64,000 nt of DNA from Piedraia hortae CBS 480.64 (Eukaryota). The position numbers were made by a program, and so were the translations under genes. Positions 32,139-43,663 of the stretch are shown in pieces (positions within the stretch are counted from its first letter, which is position 1; every line of letters starts with the position of its first letter). Where the stretch lies: positions 1 through 64,000 of the forward strand of contig MU006019.1 of the NCBI GenBank assembly GCA_010093745.1, read 5' to 3'. Under the pieces are notes generated by a model, which did not search any database, had not been told where the DNA came from, and saw only the letters and a program-made list of their open reading frames with translations.

Positions 32139-35065
32139 TCATCGTCGTTCTGCTCTGCGTTCCCCTGGGGGGAACAGGTGATCATGCTGGGAAGCACCCC
32201 CGTGGGAATGCTGATCACGCTGCGCTTGGTATACACGCTGGTCCTGCTGACGCTGGATGTCCTGCGGGGTGGAGACACGCTGGGGATCACCCTGGCGGGA
32301 CTGTTGCTCATACTGGAGGGTCTGTGGGTTGTAAGCTCGCTGGTCCTGACGCTGATATCCAGCTCGCTGAGCGCTCTGATCCTGAGGCGTGGCCTGCTGG
32401 CGCTGCTCGTGGACATTCTGCGGGTGGTAGACAGCTTGCTGAGCCCGCTGGGATTGGTAAGCCGGGTTGGCAGCGATGCTGCGCGGGTGGATGTACATTC
32501 CCGGCTGGGTTTGATGCTGCTGCTGGTGGTACGTCGCCGACCGAAACTGAGAGCGCGTGGCTTGCGGGGGCTGCTGTTGATGCTGTACGACTGGCTTCTG
32601 AGGCAGCTGGTGCGTCTGGGCCGTCTTCTGCTGTTGCAGCTGTTGAGACTGGTGCATGTTTTGCTGGTACTGATATGTCCCCCGCTGGGCTGGCACGGGT
32701 TGCTGCTGATGCTGTACGGCTTGATGAGCTGGGCCCTGAGGCTGTTGCTGGTTCACTCCCGTCTGGGCCTGCTGCTGCACGGCTTGCTGCCGGGATTGCG
32801 GACGTGGCTGGTGCATGTTCTGCTGCTGCTGCGTGGAGTGTTGAGGCTGCTGACGTTGCACGGATTGCTTAGCCTGAGCCTGAGGTTGCTGCTGGTACAT
32901 CCCCGTCTGGGCCTGCTGCTGCATGGTTTGGCGATATTGCTGCCGCTGGCACTGCTGCTCCTCATGCTGCGCGGCTTGTTGAGGCTGACGTTGCAGCTGC
33001 TGCGGCTGACGCGTGGTGTGCTGGTGATATACTTGTGGAGACACATAGTGCTGGTATGAACCATGCTGGGGTATATTCTGCTGCTGAGGTTGATACGCCT
33101 GACGAAGCATCTCTTGCGGTGGCTGTTGGTAATGACTCTGCACGTGCTGTGTCTGGCGTATTTGTTGTTGATACTGAAGATGCTGCTGCGGCGGCAGATT
33201 TTCATCATTCTCAATGTGCTGTGGCTGAAACTGCCCCTGCTGCAACGCCGGCCGATATACTTGTTGCTGCAACGGATGGACATTCTGCGGATGGAGGTAT
33301 TGTGTATGCGGAGGGGGGTACATCAATTGCTGCTGTGGCTGCAAATTTGGATTGTAGACCTGCTGTTGCGGCACCTCCTGCTGCGCACCAATCTGCTTCT
33401 TAGCCCGCGAAGTTGACTGTGCGCTAGCTTTGCGCTTCTTTCCACCAGTCTTCCCACCCGTGCTGTTCTGCGCACTCGATTCCGTTTTGGTTTGGGTTGA
33501 AGACTGTTTATTTTTCGAATCGCCAGGACACAAATGGCCGACTTCAGCTTCAGCCCTGATGAGAGCCATATCGTCCCAGTTGATTTGGGGATCGAGTGCC
33601 TCTTGCGGAAGTTGAAAACCCTGCTCGGTTACAATTCGTGGAAGATCTTGGACCGTGGCAAATTGGTCGTTTTGAACACACCATTCAATGACCTGAGTGA
33701 GGATGCCACGATCCTGTCCTTGCGGCGGAATGACAACACCTTGTGCCATGGCTGCTAGCGGATAGAGAGCCAGTTTCTTATGATCAGCGGGGCGCGCAAG
33801 CATGTGGCCGACATGGTAGGGCGATAAGCCTTTCGCAGCGAAAAGTTTCGGGTCCGCCAAAGCTTGCTTCACCTTGTTCTTCCTGAAGTCTTTCTCTGGC
33901 CCGTGGTAATATGTAAAGTTTGGGCGATGCTGTTTGCGGATCTTATCATGTACACGCTTGACCGACGGCTCTGCGATTCTGTCTCGGTGGTAGAGTGCCA
34001 TCTGGGCGATCAGACGGGGCCCAAAGTTGTGAGCTCGGGCGCGCAGGTTTAGCTCGGGAAGATTCGAGAGATGGGCAGGCAAGTAGCAGGCAGCTTCGCG
34101 GATGCCAATGTCGATTGGGGGCAATGCTACAGTCAGAGGTGGAGCATCTCGCATGTCAGTATCCCAGGTTGCAACCCGCTCGTTGTTTTTATAGTTGACG
34201 GTTTTGGCTGGGTCCGCCTTCCAGCCAGGCCATGCTACTGGCGCTAGGGTATACTTTGCCGTCACACTACAGGCTGGTCCGGTAGGCCTGCGAGCTGCTT
34301 CTTCGAGTTTCAAAATTGCAGCTGTCTTGACTTCTTGGCCCGCGTCGTCGTCTGAAGGAGTTTCATCGCGACTGGGCGACCGCAATGGCGATGGATAATT
34401 CGATGGTACATCTCTTGAGGCCTGATATGGCTGTGCGGAAGCCTCAGCAGGCGGTGATGGTGTGGGTAAGGCCGAACTTTGCCCAGGGCGAAGCAGACCC
34501 GTCGACGGGCTTCCAAACGAGCTCCCAGACGGGCTTTCAGGCGAGCCTGCAGACGGGTTTCCAGTCGGCGGTGTCGTGGGAGATTGATCAGGCAACATCC
34601 CACAGGGCCGATAAGAACGTGGCATTGACGACCCAAAAGACGCAGGCGTTGGACTTGGAGGAGCTGACCATTCGTTGGACGATGAAGAGGATGGCGTGGG
34701 AGACTCGATCGAAGGCATTACTTGCTGGGCTGCAGTTTCGACGTTGCCCATAACATGATGATAGACCGAATCATCACGTGGCTCTTGAAGGCCACACCGG
34801 GCTTCCAACACGAGGGGACAGCGCTTTTCGGAGGGCAATTCGCCACGAACACTCTTCAGAGCCCACTCCACGCAGCCAGATGGGACCATGGAGAGGGTGC
34901 CATTCAAGGCGAGTTTCAACTCATCAGAGTGTTTTGGATCTGGTGGATCCAAGGGGGTCATAGCCAGAGGTGCTGATGAGGAAACATAAGCATTGGAAGG
35001 ATCTGTTAAAGATTTAGTAAGTGGTGAATGACTTGCACGATCAACTAACCTTGACCAGAGGCCAT
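32139..35065 (-). CDS. Orphan protein of about 960 aa: Ser/Pro-rich N-region, folded middle domain and Gln-rich repeat tail; exons 35065-35050, 35002-32139
   Basis: 940-codon ORF. An upstream mini-exon MASGQ and a 47-nt intron (GTTAGT..CAG, 35049-35003) splice in frame. Confidence 0.75.
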
Positions 35066-35502
35066 GTTGGTGTTAGTGTGAGTTGTCGGATGCATGTCTT
35101 TCGCAGAGGATTGCAATGGTTGTTGTGAGTTGAGGAAGAAGGACAAGACAGCCTCAAGAAATAAAACCAAGCCATATTGTCCTGGGCGAATATATGTTGC
35201 TGGTGGTCTTGCAACAGCACATGGGCACCGTCCTGACATCCTAGAGAGAACATCATCATGTTCGAGGAGAAGAAAAGGAACAAAGTCAATGATCAGTCCA
35301 CAAAAATAGCACGTGAATGGATTTTGGGAGAAGTTGCCCACCCCAGAGGACAGAAACCTCACTTCGCTGATAATATGACCATTTGGGTGAAGTGTTGGAC
35401 CTGAAAAGTTAGACTTAGTTGTATCTGTGTCACATAAAAGTTTAACTTCAGTGAAGCTGGAAATTAACACAGTTCATCTAAGCCAAGCTGCTTACCTACA
35501 CA

Positions 35503-37405
35503 TTACTTCATCAACTTGTCAACGGCCCATTGAACGTTGAGCCCTCTGAGATCGCCGTAAAGTTGTCCGATCCCTAGGAAAACAACGGGTATCCCTTATT
35601 AGTTAGTGCTTGTTCAAACCAACACAGAAAAACTCACCTGTAGCGTGCACCATACTGACCAAAGTGCCAACCATGTCACCGACAGTGTCGCATTTGCTGA
35701 CGATAAATCCGTCCATACCTGCGCCATTATTACGCATGCGACCCTTTTCGTCGACGAATTCGCGCGCAAAACTTCGCGCTTGAGCTACGCTGTCGCTGCC
35801 AACAAGAGCTTCACCGACCATGAAGATCTTGTCAGGCTTGGCAAGGCGGCCAAATGTGGTCAAGGAGCTCATCAGGCGCGCATCATTGTGGCGTCGTCCA
35901 GCCGTATCGATCAAGACAACGTCGAACTTGCCAGAAGCAAATGCTACAGCCTCCTTGGCCACGTTCGCAGCATCTTTGCCGTAGCCTCGTTCGAACAGTT
36001 CGATGCGTCCCACGCCTTCGCGCTGGGATAATTCAGTCAGATTGCGCACGTGTACGCGTAACTGCTCGACTGCACCAGATCGAAAGGTATCGGCTGCCAC
36101 GACCAGCACGCGCAGTCGGTTCTGTAGCAAAAAGTAGGCAATTTTGCTGAGATTGGTTGACTTGCCTACGCCATTGACTCCGACAATGGAGATGACATAG
36201 GGTCGGGTGCTGATAGTGGCTGTGATTTCACGAAGGAGGTCGAGAGAAGAGGTTGGTGTAAGAATTTTGGTGAGAGCTCGCGCCATGCTTTCGTGAATAG
36301 TTGCCTCAACAGATGTGAATGAGGCAGTGGTGTGGTTGAGAAGATCTGCCTCGACGGAGCGGCAGAGGCGCTCAGCTGCTTCGCGAGCCACGTTCTTCTC
36401 CAGCAGATGCGTTTGCATCTGTGCAAGAGGTTGTTGTAGATCGGCTTTTGTGAGCTTCTTGCCGCCCACAACGTTACGAAAGAGACCTGCTATCCGCGAG
36501 CTGGCTCTATTAAGTAATCCCGTGGCTTCTTTCTCAGGCTTTTTACTTTGAGAAGAAACAGCGGCATCGATCTCATCGTCTAGATCTTTTAGCACAAAGT
36601 GCTGGCCGGATCTTTGGCCCATATGAGATGCGTCTATGTCGGTTCTTGCAGCGACAGAATCGCCCTGAGGAGTGCTGTAGTCGAGCACAACGCCACTGTC
36701 ATCTTCCACGGCCATGCCATCTGCATCCCATTGCCGTTTGGCCTTTTGTGGTCTTCGCGATCCCTCGTCAGAGGACACTGGCGCCGAACTTGTTAATTTC
36801 TGGTGCTGTGCCTTGCGCGCCCTTCGCGATGCCTTCCCGGGCCCGGTCTTGGCTTTGAGCACTTCTGCCGGGGTTGTCGGCCGCGAGGCTTCAGAATTGG
36901 CGGTATCAGGGGTAGTCAGGCCACTGGTTGGCCGCGACGAAACTACTGGCTTCACGAACGGCAACGCTGGTGGAGGATCTTCTACAGTTGCGCTGGCAAT
37001 AACAGTGCTCCCGGTATCAAGTTTCTTTATCAAGGCATCAAACAGAGCATCGAAGCGGCTGGTGTCAAGCTTGATGACATTGGGCTTCTTCAATTGGGCT
37101 CCATATTCCTTCACAAAGAGGGCTCGGGCAGCGGTCAGAAGTCGATCCACCCAGGCAAGGTTGAGGATCGACTGATAAACCGAGACAAAAACGAGGCCAA
37201 GGTCCCTTGCCCAAGTCCATTTCAATAGGTGCTTCTCCTTTTTGTAACTGGAGACCTCATTATCTGAATCTTCCTTTGCGCCTTGCTTGTCTTCGATCAA
37301 GGCGTCGACTACAAAGCTATTGATGAGATGCGGTGATAGAGGGGTGTAGTGTTTCCGCCATAGAACGATACCAGAGGTCGTCAGAACCTCGAACCCGTCG
37401 AGCAT
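35503..37405 (-). CDS. SRP101: Signal recognition particle receptor alpha subunit; exons 37405-35638, 35594-35503
   Basis: MLDGFEVLTTSGIVLW longin N-terminus, GVNGVGKST, DTFRSGAVEQL, DTAGR and SKCD. A 43-nt intron (AAG acceptor) restores GIPVVFLGIGQLYGDL. Confidence 0.96.
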
Positions 37406-37654
37406 GATGTTTGGCAAATTTCAAGCGGGTTTTTGTTGTGCGATTGGTTGAACCATTTTCTGATACAGCTAGTGGGCTGACCCTATTACAGCTAGTCCGC
37501 TTTTGCTCCGTGCTGACTCAGCACATTTCCAAACAAAAGGCGAATCCCCAGACGGAACGCCTCCGCCCAACGCGATGCCCCATCAGGATTGACTGCTGTC
37601 TGTTCGACATCTCACTCCCACCAAGTTGGTACGACAGCTCCGTTTGAGGACAAG

Positions 37655-38706
37655 ATGCAGAGACCGACTTATTCCATTCCTCCTGCACAGACACCTCCGC
37701 TGCACCACCCAGTTCGTAGCCGTATTCTCCCAACTGCCTGTTTCTAACTCCCGCAGGTTCCTCAACATGTCTCGACAGTTCCCCAATTCCGCTCGCCTCC
37801 CCTTCCGGCGTCGCAGAACAGCAGTTATGGTTATGGACAAAGTCCGGCAGGAGGGCAAGGCTTCATGTCGGGCGCGCAATACATGAACAGTTTCATGAAC
37901 GACCCTACAACACATATGGGACTCCAGATGGGCCAGACTGCCATGAGGGCTGGCCATGAATACATGGAACAGAACCTGAATCGATTCGTCAGTGTCTCTG
38001 CTCTGAAGCCATACTTCAACGTGTCAAATAGCTATGTGTTGTCGAAGCTTATGCTGGTCCTGTTTCCCTGGAGGCACAGGCGATGGTCACGATCGGCCAA
38101 CCATGGCTCTGCCGGGACCTCTGCCTATCTTCCGCCACGGGAGGATGTCAATGCGCCAGACATGTACATTCCACTCATGGCGGTTGTGACATATATCCTG
38201 CTCTCGACGCTGATTGCGGGTTTGAACGGGCAATTTGAACCGCAACTGCTGGGTATAACGTTTAGTAACGCTGCCCTCATCATTGTCCTCGAGCTACTCG
38301 TTGTTTGGTTGGGCAAATATTTTCTCAGCATCAACTCGGACAGCCAGTTCTACGACTTGATTGCCTATTCAGGCTACAAATTTGTCGGCGTTATCGTCAC
38401 CATTGCCTTCACGCCGATTTCCCATCGACTACTGGCGTGGGTAGTTTTTGGGTATACGTATTTCGCCAATGCTTTCTTCTTGGTAAGTCTTGAGCTTTGT
38501 ATCCGAACTCTGCTGACCCAGTGTAGCTTCGCAGCCTTAAGTACGTCTTGCTGCCTTCGGACAACACGGCAGGAAACCCGGCAGCTGCTGGGACGATGCA
38601 GACGATTGATCGAAGCCAACGAGGCCGGCGAACAAAGTTCCTTTTTATCTACAGCTACGGTGTTCAGCTTCTGTTTATGTGGTGGCTAAGCGCTAGCTTC
38701 GGGTAG
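37655..38706 (+). CDS. YIF1: Yif1/Hrf1 ER-Golgi trafficking membrane protein; exons 37655-37711, 37757-38482, 38527-38706
   Basis: YFNVSNSYVLSKL, PPREDVNAPDMYIP, AYSGYKFVG and FFLLRSLKY motifs; canonical 45-nt and 44-nt introns. Confidence 0.95.
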
Positions 38707-38877
38707 AAGCAATTAGATGACAGCACGTAGAATTCTGGGTAGATTGCCTTCTGACATGACGTGTATGCAGTGACATGGGGTAAAAGTGCGCCAAGAAGTG
38801 GGCTGGCGGGGCATTATCAACGGATCGTTCCGCCTCCAGGCACACGCCCAAAATTTCCTTTGGACGACCTAATCAGC

Positions 38878-40020
38878 ATGGCACCCGAACGAAGTGAAAA
38901 GATTGCGAACAAGATAAAGCGCCAGCAGGTACATATTAAGCAGAAGGCCCGAAAGGAACAAGAGAAACGCGACACGCGGCTGAGGCGCAGACGACACGAG
39001 GACCAGAACCCGCACTTGCGCGCTGAGCGGCGCGCGAAGAATGTTCCGAAGACCATTGAAGATAAGAGGATATGGGAGGACGCGGGAGTTCTACAAAGCG
39101 TAGCGGAGACTCGAGCGCAGGAGGCCCCAGCCGAAGACGAAGAGATGCAAGACGTGAACGGGGAGGACAATGCGGAAGGCGAGGACGATGATAGCATGTT
39201 TGCGCCTTCGGAAGCCGAAGAAGAAGGAGAGCCAAAAGCAACGAAAGCGGCAAGCCAAGTTTCCATGAACGTGACATCCCTCGCAAGTCACTATCCCCGA
39301 CTGTTCAACCCATCGCCATCGCCCAAAATTCTCATAACCACCTCCATCGACTCCACCCTACACCACGAAGCAAAGCTCCTCACCACAATCTTTCCCGGAA
39401 GCATCTACATTCCACGCAGCCCTCGGGGCCAAAGGTTCAAGTACAAGTACTCGATCCACGAGATCAGCGCATTTGCGACTCGGAGGGAGTTCACACACGT
39501 CATCGTCCTGAACCAGGAGATGCGCGCCAAGGTTCCGTCAGGGATAGATATCGTTGCATTACCCAAGGGGCCCATGTTCCACTTTTCCATGACAAACTGG
39601 ATTGAGGGACGCAGGATACCCGGACACGGAAATCCGACGAATCACTATCCGGAGCTAATCCTCAACGGCTTCAGGACGGAGTTGGGCATTCTCACATCTC
39701 AGATGCTCAAGGGCTTATTCCCCGAGCGACCGGAGCTCCAAGGGAGACAGGTTGTCACTTTTCACTGTCAAAGGGACTTTGTCTTCTTTCGAAGACATCG
39801 CTACGTGTTTAGAGAGCGCACGGGAACGGAACATGGGGTTAAATCAGTGGATGAGAATGGGAAAGTCAAGGAAGAAAAGTTTAGGGCCGGGTTGCAGGAA
39901 CTGGGGCCCAGATTCACACTCAAGTTGCGGAGGGTGGATAAGGAGATTGGGCATGGAAGTGGACAGGAATGGCAATGGAGGGGCAAGGATGATAAGGTCA
40001 GGACGAGGTTCCAGCTCTGA
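38878..40020 (+). CDS. RPF1: Brix-domain 60S biogenesis factor Rpf1
   Basis: IANKIKRQ, NVPKTIE, PKILITTS, HYPELILNGF, FHCQRDFVFFRRHRY and LQELGPRFTLKL. Confidence 0.92.
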   Translation: MAPERSEKIANKIKRQQVHIKQKARKEQEKRDTRLRRRRHEDQNPHLRAERRAKNVPKTIEDKRIWEDAGVLQSVAETRAQEAPAEDEEMQDVNGEDNAEGEDDDSMFAPSEAEEEGEPKATKAASQVSMNVTSLASHYPRLFNPSPSPKILITTSIDSTLHHEAKLLTTIFPGSIYIPRSPRGQRFKYKYSIHEISAFATRREFTHVIVLNQEMRAKVPSGIDIVALPKGPMFHFSMTNWIEGRRIPGHGNPTNHYPELILNGFRTELGILTSQMLKGLFPERPELQGRQVVTFHCQRDFVFFRRHRYVFRERTGTEHGVKSVDENGKVKEEKFRAGLQELGPRFTLKLRRVDKEIGHGSGQEWQWRGKDDKVRTRFQL

Positions 40021-40291
40021 TAGAGGAATACTTTCCTACGTACCTTCAATTTTGCATATCTGACAGCTTCCAAAAGGAAGTGCAGGAACGTTTGATGTGT
40101 AGCTCCATCTTGCATTCAATTAGTCGCGCATGGGTTTCCATATGTACTGCGTTTGCGAATGGAAATAGTTAAAGTTCTGAGTGCGTAGCCTGACTGGTGC
40201 TGTGTAACTCGGGGATCTCGGACCGTTGAATGACGTCTGCGTCGTCAGCAATGAGTGGCAACCACAATCCTCCTTCGTTTCTTCTACAATC

Positions 40292-41764
40292 ATGAAGTTG
40301 CTTGCTGTAGTTTCGTCTGTAACTTTGGCTTCGGCCTTGGTACTTCCTCCGCAGGAAGTATTTGAAAACATTGCCATTGAGGATAACCGCAACCGTTGGG
40401 GTCTCTCAGAGCACGTAAAACAACCATGGGAGACTGTTCGCGATGCGGTGAACAAGGCTGAAAATTGGGCCTCTCACATTCTGGATGATATCTGGGATGA
40501 TGGTGAGGATGCGGTCCAAATGGCGCAGGAAAAGTTCCATAAACTCTCCGCTGTGGAGTCATTGCTGTGTCCTGAGGATCCTCACCACCCGCCTCACGAT
40601 GGTCCTCATCATCCCCCACCTCACGATGGCCCTCCCCATCACCCACCCCACGATGGTCCTCCTCACCATCCGCCTCATGATGGCCCTCCACACGATGGTC
40701 CTCCACACGACGGCCCGCCTCACCACGGGCCTCCCCACCACGGTCCTCCCCATCATTGTCCAGGCCACCATGGAACATCCAACCTCACAGTGTACCAACT
40801 GATCGAAAAGAGTAAATACACGACCAAACTCGCGAAGCTAATCAACAAACACGACGACATCGTCGAAATGCTAAACAGCACGAAAGCAAACTACACCGTC
40901 TTCGCCCCCACTGACAAAGCCCTCAAACACATCCCGTGCGACGGAGACCACGAGCCCAGCAAGGAACAACTCAAAGACCTCCTCCTCTACCACACCCTCG
41001 ACGGTCTCTACACTGCCAAACGAATCTTCTTCACCCACACCGCACCCACTTTACTCCAAAGCACCCACCTCAGCTCCAAAAAGGAAGCCCAACGGGTCTC
41101 TTTCCAACTCACCCTCCGCGGCCTATCCGTCAACTTCAAAACCCGCATTACCCACCCCAACATAATGGCCGTCAACGGCGTAATCCACGCCATCGATCGT
41201 CCCCTCCTGCCCCCCAAAGCAAAAGCCTCCCTCCTCTCCCTCCTTCCCTCCCGCTTCAGCACCCTCGAACTCGCCCTGCACAAAACCGGTCTCATCGAAA
41301 CCCTTACCTCAAGTGGTTCCAAAGGCGGAACCCTCTTCGCACCCTCCAACCACGCCTTCGCAAAACTAGGTCCTGCCGCAAATGCATTCCTCTTCTCCCC
41401 TGCGGGACTTCCCTATCTTAAATCCTTACTCCAATACCATATCGTTGAAGGACATACATTGTATAGCGATGCGTATTATTTTGCGGAGGGGCATGGACAT
41501 GCGCATATCGATCTCCCGACCCTGCTGGAGGGACGGACGGTTAGTGTTGATATTGCGCGCTGGGCGAGGTTTGTGGAGATGAAGATTAATGGCTTCGCGA
41601 AGGTGGATGTCCAGGATTTGGTGGCGGAGGATGGGGTTGTTCAGGTGACGGAGAGTGTACTCGTCCCGCCGAAGAGGCCGGGGTTTGAGCCCCCCGTGGA
41701 GGAGGGGGAGGTGGAGCCGGAAGAGTTGAGGGTGAGATTGGAGGGGTGGAGGGGGGAGTTGTAG
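40292..41764 (+). CDS. Secreted two-FAS1 fasciclin protein with a His/Pro repeat
   Basis: Signal peptide; YTVFAPTDKA, NGVIHAID, TLFAPSNHAF, LLQYHIV and DGVVQV motifs. Confidence 0.9.
   Translation: MKLLAVVSSVTLASALVLPPQEVFENIAIEDNRNRWGLSEHVKQPWETVRDAVNKAENWASHILDDIWDDGEDAVQMAQEKFHKLSAVESLLCPEDPHHPPHDGPHHPPPHDGPPHHPPHDGPPHHPPHDGPPHDGPPHDGPPHHGPPHHGPPHHCPGHHGTSNLTVYQLIEKSKYTTKLAKLINKHDDIVEMLNSTKANYTVFAPTDKALKHIPCDGDHEPSKEQLKDLLLYHTLDGLYTAKRIFFTHTAPTLLQSTHLSSKKEAQRVSFQLTLRGLSVNFKTRITHPNIMAVNGVIHAIDRPLLPPKAKASLLSLLPSRFSTLELALHKTGLIETLTSSGSKGGTLFAPSNHAFAKLGPAANAFLFSPAGLPYLKSLLQYHIVEGHTLYSDAYYFAEGHGHAHIDLPTLLEGRTVSVDIARWARFVEMKINGFAKVDVQDLVAEDGVVQVTESVLVPPKRPGFEPPVEEGEVEPEELRVRLEGWRGEL
40580..40760 (+). 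repeat. Coding tandem repeat encoding (PPHDG/PPHHG)n
   Basis: Imperfect 12-15-nt units. Confidence 0.9.
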
Positions 41765-41973
41765 TTTATGGTTTATGAAATGTGTGTTCAGTGAGATGAT
41801 TGATGGAATTGCTTCATGTCACGGGCTGTGACCCTAGTATGATAGTATTGTGCACCATCATGGCATGGCAGTGCTATTATGGGTAACAGTATAACAAAGA
41901 ATACACCCCAACACCCCATTGCTACCTCCCATATCTAACAGAATATACACATCCCACAACCCTCTCGTTTTCT

Positions 41974-42918
41974 CTATCCCTCCCCAAACCCCTCAAACTC
42001 CTCCACAGGTGGGACATAAACCTGCTGCGGATTGAACCACTGTGGCGGCGGCGGCTGCTGCTGGAGTTGATATGGCGGGACGAACACCTCGCTCGGGACG
42101 ATGAAGGGGGACATGACAGTCGCATCCGCGGGGAAAGAGCACGACAGGTCTGTGGGCGGAAAGGAGGGGTATTGCGCCGCACCGTCTAGATGGTCGTAGG
42201 ATATTGAGCGGAAAAGAGGGGGCCAGATCGAGGGTGGAGGTGCGGGAAGGGTAAGATGGTCCGGAGAAGTAACACCCTGTGCGGGACTGTCGAAATGCCA
42301 GAGGAGGGAGGCTTCGCCTTCAGGAGCTGGTAGGGGGGCGACGGTTGTGTCCCAGGAGGAGTTGTAGGGTATGACGTTTGGAGGTGGGGGGAAGGAGGAT
42401 GGGTGGTGGAGAGGGTTGGCCATTGGAATTGGGACGAGAGGTGGCGGTTCGATGACCGATGTTGTGGTTGTTGGGACGGGCGGCGGAGGTGCAATCACTT
42501 TTGCTGCTGCTGAGGGTCGGCGCTGCGGTTCCGCTTGTGTGGTTGTGCCCGCGTTGAGAGGGGAGAGGGAAACGACTGACGACGGACCGGATCGGCCCTC
42601 TAATGCGCCCTCCATAGCCATTTGCTGGTCCACAGGATAGTAGACGCACACCTTGTTCAGGCGGATGCAGTTCTGGCAGCGGCCGTGGGCGTCGGATTCG
42701 GCCACAAGACACCGGATCTTGCGGTGTCTGCAGTGGCCGCAGGCGACGGATATGCGCTGGTACGTCAGCTTGTGACGACGACGCTCGGCGTCGATGTCTG
42801 TCTGCCTCAGCTGGGGAGTCGAAGCCGAGCGGGAAACACCCTTGGCTCGACCACGCTTCCGTGGCAGACGGCGGGCGCTGACGAGGGATGCGGCGCCGGG
42901 AGTTGCAATGCCAGGCAT
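41974..42918 (-). CDS. Zn(II)2Cys6 transcription factor
   Basis: ACGHCRHRKIRCLVAESDAHGRCQNCIRLNKVC followed by a Pro-rich tail. Confidence 0.92.
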   Translation of the reverse strand: MPGIATPGAASLVSARRLPRKRGRAKGVSRSASTPQLRQTDIDAERRRHKLTYQRISVACGHCRHRKIRCLVAESDAHGRCQNCIRLNKVCVYYPVDQQMAMEGALEGRSGPSSVVSLSPLNAGTTTQAEPQRRPSAAAKVIAPPPPVPTTTTSVIEPPPLVPIPMANPLHHPSSFPPPPNVIPYNSSWDTTVAPLPAPEGEASLLWHFDSPAQGVTSPDHLTLPAPPPSIWPPLFRSISYDHLDGAAQYPSFPPTDLSCSFPADATVMSPFIVPSEVFVPPYQLQQQPPPPQWFNPQQVYVPPVEEFEGFGEG

Positions 42919-43663
42919 GACTGAGACGGGATATTACAGAGGAGAAAAAGGCTCATCCAAAGGGAAGCATGGTCCCGAAGAGCGCAGAGAGCTCAGCATC
43001 CGTTGCAGGAAACGATTGCAGTGGCAACCTCTTGTTAGGGTGGGTGGCGTTTCGTCATCCGGCCCGATACACAACCCCGACACCGTCTTGCGTCTGTTGG
43101 ATTAATTCCTGCCAATAGCATCAACGGACCGCCAGACCCGGTAATGCGCATGTCGATTTTCCCCCATTTACCTGCTGCGGTTAGCTTGACCAGGTCCCAC
43201 CCCGGTTCAATTGCGCCCCGCCATGTGGTTGTCTAACCGGTAACGGCGCGTCATCTGTCTACACGTGACCTCAACGCCCTGATTTCCCCATGATCCGCGC
43301 ATAGCTTTGGGTTGCCTCGCTTTGATTGCTGAACCCTGGCCAATGTTAAAGCTTAGGCCTGGCTGCCTGAATCATGTGATACCGACGTAGAAATTCCCAA
43401 CGGCGTGGCGGCGACTGTGATCAGCATGATCGCAGATTAGATCGTAGAGATTATTCCGGAGCTTTATTTTTCCTGTCCAATCACGCCTCGTCTGTTTGTC
43501 GTACAGATACAGTCTCAAAAATCCTCCGAAGCAAAAAAGCCCCGAGGACCCTGACTCGGTAATGTTGAGATGACGTTGAGCTTGACTGTAGGGAGCCCAC
43601 AAGCTCTTCACCCCCCTCGAACTGCTTCATTGCTACATTTCTACCGTTCGCTCAGTATAACAT

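Noticed and set aside
32018..33416. Long + strand ORFs (342-aa Leu-rich, 284-aa Ala/Gly-rich)
   Set aside because: Antisense shadows of the CAG-rich Gln tract.
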